Shown: piece after piece, positions 37,303 to 41,929 of the stretch
How the letters are laid out: the number at the start of each line of letters is the position of its first letter
Numbering within the stretch: position 1 is the stretch's first letter
Source: Acholeplasma sp.
GTDB lineage: Bacteria > Bacillota_I > Bacilli_A > Acholeplasmatales > UBA5453
Direction of reading: 5' to 3'
Length of the DNA: 41,929 nt
Assembly (NCBI GenBank): GCA_036677365.1
Contig: JAVBWN010000002.1
Coordinates: forward strand, 1 to 41,929
Made by a program: the position numbers and the translations under genes
Notes under the pieces: model-generated
Databases searched by the model: none
What the model saw: the letters and a program-made list of their open reading frames with translations, nothing else
What the model was told of the DNA's origin: nothing

Positions 37303-38909
37303 TAATTGAGGTCGATTATCTTGGTGGGTTTAATATCCTTTAAATCACGGTGTGATACAAAGATGATGGTTTTTTGTTTCAATGCTTTTAAGTTCATCAA
37401 CACTTTTTTCTCGGTGTCAGCATCGAGTGAAGCGGTGATTTCATCTAACAACAAGATAGGTGCCTCTTTTAATAATGCTCTGGCTATGGATAACCGTTCA
37501 AGCTGTCCAATCGATAAGCCCGCACCCATTTCTTTCAGCTTGGTGTCAAACCCAGCAGGTGTTTTTAAGATATCTTCATAGATCACCGCGGTTTGACACG
37601 CTTCGATGACTTTTTCCATGGGGATGTCTTTTCTTAGTGTCAGATTTTCTAAGATAGAATCGGATAATAGGTAATAGGATTGTGGGACATAAGAGAAGTA
37701 GGGTCTCGTGGATTCGGATAATTCATACGAAGCGTCATCGACCTTGAGTTCTAATGTGCCAGCACTTGGTTTCATCAAACCCAACAATAGTTTAATGAGG
37801 GTGGTTTTGCCTTTGCCAGATTCACCTTTAATCCAAATGAGTTCACCGGGTTTTATATCAAGTGATACGTTATCCAATACCAAACGTTGTTCGTATTTAA
37901 ATGAGACTTTCTTAAGTTCAATCTTCTTGAATGGTCTCACAGGCAATTTGGTTTTGGATTCTCTTGGTAAATCATCGATCATTTTGATACGGTCGAGAGA
38001 AGCGGTCCATTGGTGGTACTTAATGACTAAAGTGGATAACCCAGAAAATGGACTTTGGATGTTTTGAACGAGTTGGATAATCGCGATTAAACTACCAAAC
38101 ACAATCGAACCTTGACTCAAACGATAAGTTCCAAACAATATCGCGAATACATAACCAAACGCGAAGAAACTATGTAAACCCAACCCAGTCAAAGAAGAGA
38201 TGAGTTGTTTTTTCATGCGTTTTAGGTAGAAGTGATGACCTGAGGTTTGAAGCGATTCTTTTTGAATGTCTTCCGCTTCAAACGCTTTAATCACTTCTAA
38301 ATGGGTTAAACCTTCTTGCATCTGTTGGTAGAGTTGATCCTCAGCACTTAAAGCTTCTTTTTGAATGCCTTTAATCTTTTTGGATAATAGCCTTGATAAG
38401 ACAAATAATAATAGTCCAAGGGTTAAGAACAATACCGCGAATAACCAATCTAAAATGAATAGAACAACAAACGCACCTAAAAATCTAAAGATATAAAAAA
38501 TGACTTTCGGCAGTAAATCGTATACCCCATCTGTGATCGCTGTAACATCCGATTTGAAGTGGTTGATGTAGACGGCAGAGTGGTTTTCACCGGTACTTTG
38601 AAGTTTACCAGTTAGAATTTTTTGGTATAAATCTTCACGCATCTGTCCTTCTAATTGATAGGTAACAGACGATTTATAATATTGGTTATATGCGGATAAC
38701 AGCACTTGTATGACCATGATAATTACCAGTAAAGTGCCATATAAAAATAACAATGACCCATCGGTATAAGCGTCAATGGCGAGTTTGGATAAGTAAGCAA
38801 ATACAATCGCAGTGAGTGATAGTATGAGTGAAAACACCGATAACAAGGTTAGCGGTGGGACGATCCGTTTTTGATAAGGTTTTAATAAAGGGGTCATTTT
38901 CAATTTCAT
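37302..38909 (-). CDS. ABC exporter, fused permease/ATPase
   Basis: ~6 TM segments; GESGKGKTT, YVPQ, LSIGQ signature, LLLDEIT, VSHR; no C39 peptidase domain. Confidence 0.92.
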   Translation of the reverse strand: MKLKMTPLLKPYQKRIVPPLTLLSVFSLILSLTAIVFAYLSKLAIDAYTDGSLLFLYGTLLVIIMVIQVLLSAYNQYYKSSVTYQLEGQMREDLYQKILTGKLQSTGENHSAVYINHFKSDVTAITDGVYDLLPKVIFYIFRFLGAFVVLFILDWLFAVLFLTLGLLLFVLSRLLSKKIKGIQKEALSAEDQLYQQMQEGLTHLEVIKAFEAEDIQKESLQTSGHHFYLKRMKKQLISSLTGLGLHSFFAFGYVFAILFGTYRLSQGSIVFGSLIAIIQLVQNIQSPFSGLSTLVIKYHQWTASLDRIKMIDDLPRESKTKLPVRPFKKIELKKVSFKYEQRLVLDNVSLDIKPGELIWIKGESGKGKTTLIKLLLGLMKPSAGTLELKVDDASYELSESTRPYFSYVPQSYYLLSDSILENLTLRKDIPMEKVIEACQTAVIYEDILKTPAGFDTKLKEMGAGLSIGQLERLSIARALLKEAPILLLDEITASLDADTEKKVLMNLKALKQKTIIFVSHRDLKDIKPTKIIDLN

Positions 38910-39008
38910 AAGGGTTCCTCTATTGGTATTGTATCATGGAACAACCACAGTTGACACTGTATTTCATTTATAAAACAAGGTATAATGGGGATAAGTGTGA
39001 GGTCAAGT

Positions 39009-40100
39009 ATGCAGACATATTTAATCGCTGGTATCCCCATTTCAATTGAATACCATTTTGATGATTACTTCAAAAACAACATCGAAGTCTATCAAAAAAA
39101 AGTCTTACCAAAATACCACATCGAGACACTTTTGGTCGATCATATCGAAGCCAAAACAGAGCCTTACATGCAAGACACCTACCGCAGATTTTATCAAGAT
39201 AAAGATAGACACACCCTTCAAGTGGTCGATTTAAATGGGTCAGTCAAATATGAAATCAAACGCAGTTTAGATTATCAAGAGGTTACCATTTCGATGGTTG
39301 AAAAACTGTCTAAGAAACCTGCTGAAATGGAATATATCTTCATCTCAATGTTGTTTTTAGATATCGCCACCATCGAAGGTTTTATCCCATTACATGCCTC
39401 GTGTGTGATTAAGCATAATGAAGCCTATATGTTTTCTGCCCCCTCAGGTACAGGTAAATCTACCCATGCGCGTTTTTACCAAGATGTTTTAGAAGGCGAA
39501 ATCTTAAATGATGATAAACCCATCATCAAAGACATGAAAGTCTATGGTACACCTTTTTCTGGTAAAACAGCCCTCAATCAAAATGCCATATACCCACTGA
39601 AAGCCATATACTTCATTGAACAAGGCAGTGTGGATACAATCAAACCATTGACGGTCGATGAGGCTTCAAAACTATTATTAAAAAACATCGCTAGACCAAC
39701 GACCAAAGAAACCTGGGAAACCTTACTGCCTGCCATCAATCATTTACTCAATCAGACCAAGTTTTATCGAACCACTTTAACCTTAAACAAGCACAGTGTA
39801 TACATGACTTATTTTGAACCCAATAAGGAGACACCTATGAAAATCAAACCTGGATTCATCATTAAAACCATTGGTATTCGCTACATGGTATTACCTATAG
39901 ACGCTCAAGCACTCCATTTCAATGGGGTGATGACGTTAAACAAATCGGGTAAACGCTTATTTGAATCCTTGGAACAAGAACAAACCTTAGAATCCTTGGT
40001 TCAACTTCTAATGGACCACTATGAAGTGTCTTATGAGGATGCTAAAAAAGACGTCATCACCTTCATAGAAACCTTGAAAGCCAAAGACTTACTATGTTAA
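39009..40100 (+). CDS. HPr-kinase-like P-loop kinase fused to a C-terminal PqqD/RiPP recognition element
   Basis: LHASCV...FSAPSGTGKSTHA, LNDDKP, YGTPFSG; last 87 aa LNKSG..LFE.L.....L...L...YEV....A..DV..FI..L PqqD pattern; ATG 39009 after GAGGT. Confidence 0.85.
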   Translation: MQTYLIAGIPISIEYHFDDYFKNNIEVYQKKVLPKYHIETLLVDHIEAKTEPYMQDTYRRFYQDKDRHTLQVVDLNGSVKYEIKRSLDYQEVTISMVEKLSKKPAEMEYIFISMLFLDIATIEGFIPLHASCVIKHNEAYMFSAPSGTGKSTHARFYQDVLEGEILNDDKPIIKDMKVYGTPFSGKTALNQNAIYPLKAIYFIEQGSVDTIKPLTVDEASKLLLKNIARPTTKETWETLLPAINHLLNQTKFYRTTLTLNKHSVYMTYFEPNKETPMKIKPGFIIKTIGIRYMVLPIDAQALHFNGVMTLNKSGKRLFESLEQEQTLESLVQLLMDHYEVSYEDAKKDVITFIETLKAKDLLC

Positions 40101-40519
40101 AAACCATCATCGATAACGACATATTTTTTGAAGTCGTCAAAGCTGAACTGGGTTCTAAAAAGCGTGTCAGTTTTACGGTCAAAGGCACATCGATGTGGCC
40201 ATTCTACAAAGATGGCCAAACGATTGTTTATGTGGATTTGCCAGAAAAACTCAAAAAATACGATGTCGTCTTGGCCAATTATCAAGGCAAAGTCATTCTC
40301 CACCGAATCATTAAAATCCATCAGGATACCTATACATTAAGAGGTGACGCCACTTACCGAAAAGAAGTGGTGGATGTTCAAGACATATTTGCGAAAGTCA
40401 CCATACACCAAAACAAAAAGAAAGTATCTATTTACTCTAAAACATATCGTCTATTAGTTATTCTTTGGGTCAATAACCCATTTAGAACATTATTACTTCG
40501 CTTGAGGTCGCTTAAATGA
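40094..40519 (+). CDS. S24/S26-family serine peptidase (no N-terminal TM)
   Basis: VKGTSMWPF (catalytic Ser), YDVVL, ILHRII, LRGD. Confidence 0.85.
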   Translation: MLKTIIDNDIFFEVVKAELGSKKRVSFTVKGTSMWPFYKDGQTIVYVDLPEKLKKYDVVLANYQGKVILHRIIKIHQDTYTLRGDATYRKEVVDVQDIFAKVTIHQNKKKVSIYSKTYRLLVILWVNNPFRTLLLRLRSLK

Positions 40520-41682
40520 TTGAAACCACCTTATTCAAAGCGACATCTCTCGCTTTGAAACAACAACAGATCGATTTAAAAATCGAGGATGAAGCCTCGT
40601 TTTTTAAAATGATGTTGAATGGGGGTTTATCCGGTTTAATCATTCCGTATTTAGATCCTAAAGCCTATTCATCCAAGTTTATTCACAAGTGTAATGGGGT
40701 TTTATATTCATTCATTGATAAAGACCAAAAACAAATGGTTTTAATCGCCCAGATTAAAACACTATTCCAAAAAGAACACATCGATCACATCTTTTTAAAG
40801 GGTACAAAGCTTAAAACATTATACCCTGAGTCTTATATGCGTGGGATGGGCGATATTGACATTTTGGTCCGTTCAGATTTGGATGTCATAAAAAACCTAT
40901 TCAAAAAGATGGGTATTGAACTCGAGTCTAGAACACTACAGCACGACCAATACATCACACCCGAGGGTTTGTTGATAGAGATACACCCAAGTATTCATAA
41001 AGACTTCAATCCAAAATACCAAACCTATTTTAAAACGGCTTGGAACCATACAAAATTAGTTGAAAATTATGAATACACATTACTACCTACATTTGAAGTC
41101 ATCTATTTGGTTTACCATTTGGCTAAACACGTGGAATCCTCAGGGATTGGACTTAGAAGCTTACTTGATATCGCGATATACGTAGATAAAAATGTCGATT
41201 CGATTGATCAAAAAGCTTTAAATGAAACCTTAGAATCACTTCAAATGACGAAGTTCTTTCAAACGATTTTATATTTAAACCACACCTATTTTGAGGTAGA
41301 AGTACCCTTACTGGATTCAAGTTTTACTATGAGTGAACCCCTCGTACAACAGGTGACGGATTATTTTCTCATCTCTGGTATTCACGGTAAAGGTGAATCA
41401 TTCAATAGCATGGCACCAAGACTCGCAGCCTCAGAAAATAAAGGGAAATCACGATTCAAAGTACTCCTTCGAATCGCATTTCCCAAATTGGTAGATGCGA
41501 GAGGGATGTACCCTATACTCAATAAACATGCCTATCTTTATCCTTTTATGATGATTCATCGGATGATTAAACTTATTTTCTTTAAACGTAAGTCTTCACT
41601 GAAAAAAATCAGAAACCTAAATGAAAGCAATTCGAAACGAACTGAAATAGAACAACTCTTCAATGACATCGGTATTTACTGA
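40516..41682 (+). CDS. Nucleotidyltransferase family protein (NTP_transf_5-like)
   Basis: FLKG..L..LYP...RGMGDIDILV, IEIH, HLAKH...GIGLR.LLD. Confidence 0.88.
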   Translation: MIETTLFKATSLALKQQQIDLKIEDEASFFKMMLNGGLSGLIIPYLDPKAYSSKFIHKCNGVLYSFIDKDQKQMVLIAQIKTLFQKEHIDHIFLKGTKLKTLYPESYMRGMGDIDILVRSDLDVIKNLFKKMGIELESRTLQHDQYITPEGLLIEIHPSIHKDFNPKYQTYFKTAWNHTKLVENYEYTLLPTFEVIYLVYHLAKHVESSGIGLRSLLDIAIYVDKNVDSIDQKALNETLESLQMTKFFQTILYLNHTYFEVEVPLLDSSFTMSEPLVQQVTDYFLISGIHGKGESFNSMAPRLAASENKGKSRFKVLLRIAFPKLVDARGMYPILNKHAYLYPFMMIHRMIKLIFFKRKSSLKKIRNLNESNSKRTEIEQLFNDIGIY

Positions 41683-41725
41683 TGTCTTTTTTACGTAAAA
41701 ATTACTTAAAAATGACTATTTTGAA

Positions 41726-41754
41726 TTGCTTAGTATATATACTAGTGCTATAAT
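41726..41754 (+). promoter_or_regulatory. SigA promoter for precursor peptide gene
   Basis: TTGCTT, 17 bp spacer, TATAAT with TG extension; spacer holds palindrome TAGTATATATACTA. Confidence 0.72.
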
Positions 41755-41788
41755 GAATTCAAATGCAAATACTGTGGGAGGTATTTTA

Positions 41789-41917
41789 ATGTTTGAAAAA
41801 GAAGTGTACGAAGCGCCGTCTATCGAAATCACTGAGTTTGAATTAACCGATTCAATCGCGTTAAGCACTCAAGGTGGATTCGGTACGGGTGGCGTAGAAG
41901 AGATTTGGGGGAGCTAA
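41789..41917 (+). CDS. Putative RiPP precursor peptide, 42 aa (MFEKEVYEAPSIEITEFELTDSIALSTQGGFGTGGVEEIWGS)
   Basis: Strong RBS GGGAGGT 6 nt before ATG; YxxPxI RRE-type leader motif; Gly-rich C-terminus; adjacent to PqqD/kinase/peptidase/NTase genes. Confidence 0.78.
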   Translation: MFEKEVYEAPSIEITEFELTDSIALSTQGGFGTGGVEEIWGS

Positions 41918-41920
41918 TTA

Positions 41921-41929
41921 ATGAAAAAA
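41921..41929 (+). CDS. Start of next gene (MKK..., truncated by window edge)
   Basis: ATGAAAAAA preceded by GGGGAG inside the end of the precursor gene. Confidence 0.45.

Noticed and set aside
1219-40340. Numerous 60-120 aa alternative-frame or antisense ORFs in the track
   Set aside because: Nearly all lie within or largely overlap better-supported genes, and none shows an RBS or recognisable motif
41726-41788. 63-aa version of the last ORF from the ORF track
   Set aside because: Its TTG start coincides with the -35 box and has no RBS; ATG 41789 has a strong GGGAGGT
41789-41917. Calling the cluster a canonical lasso peptide BGC
   Set aside because: No cyclase or B2 protease in the window, leader spacing is atypical and the tail would be only 5 aa; cannot be fully excluded because the window ends here

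Overview
41.9-kb low-GC bacterial chromosome segment, most consistent with an Acholeplasmataceae-type mollicute. This is an inference from the short ~108-nt 5S rRNA, Firmicutes-style SigA promoters and RBSs, and TGA used as a stop. The window begins at the end of an rRNA operon (5S plus two identical tRNA-Asn genes). Next come a diguanylate cyclase, a LacI-controlled surface operon (GDPD plus an Ig/CBM lipoprotein), housekeeping and salvage genes (MATE, udk, mtnN, DJ-1), a four-tRNA cluster, redox genes, potABCD, two ECF sigma/anti-sigma modules (one with a subtilase), corA and two HD-GYP proteins. The most notable element is at the right end (37302-41929), a RiPP-like cluster: ABC exporter, HPr-kinase-like kinase fused to a PqqD/RRE domain, S24/S26 peptidase, nucleotidyltransferase and a 42-aa YxxP-leader precursor peptide, with no lasso cyclase or radical SAM enzyme in view. 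Second is an ECF operon in which a lipoprotein appears to be a free-standing paralog of the propeptide of the adjacent Glu-His-Ser subtilase. No transposase, integrase, phage gene or CRISPR array was seen. All product calls come from motif recognition by eye; no database searches were run.
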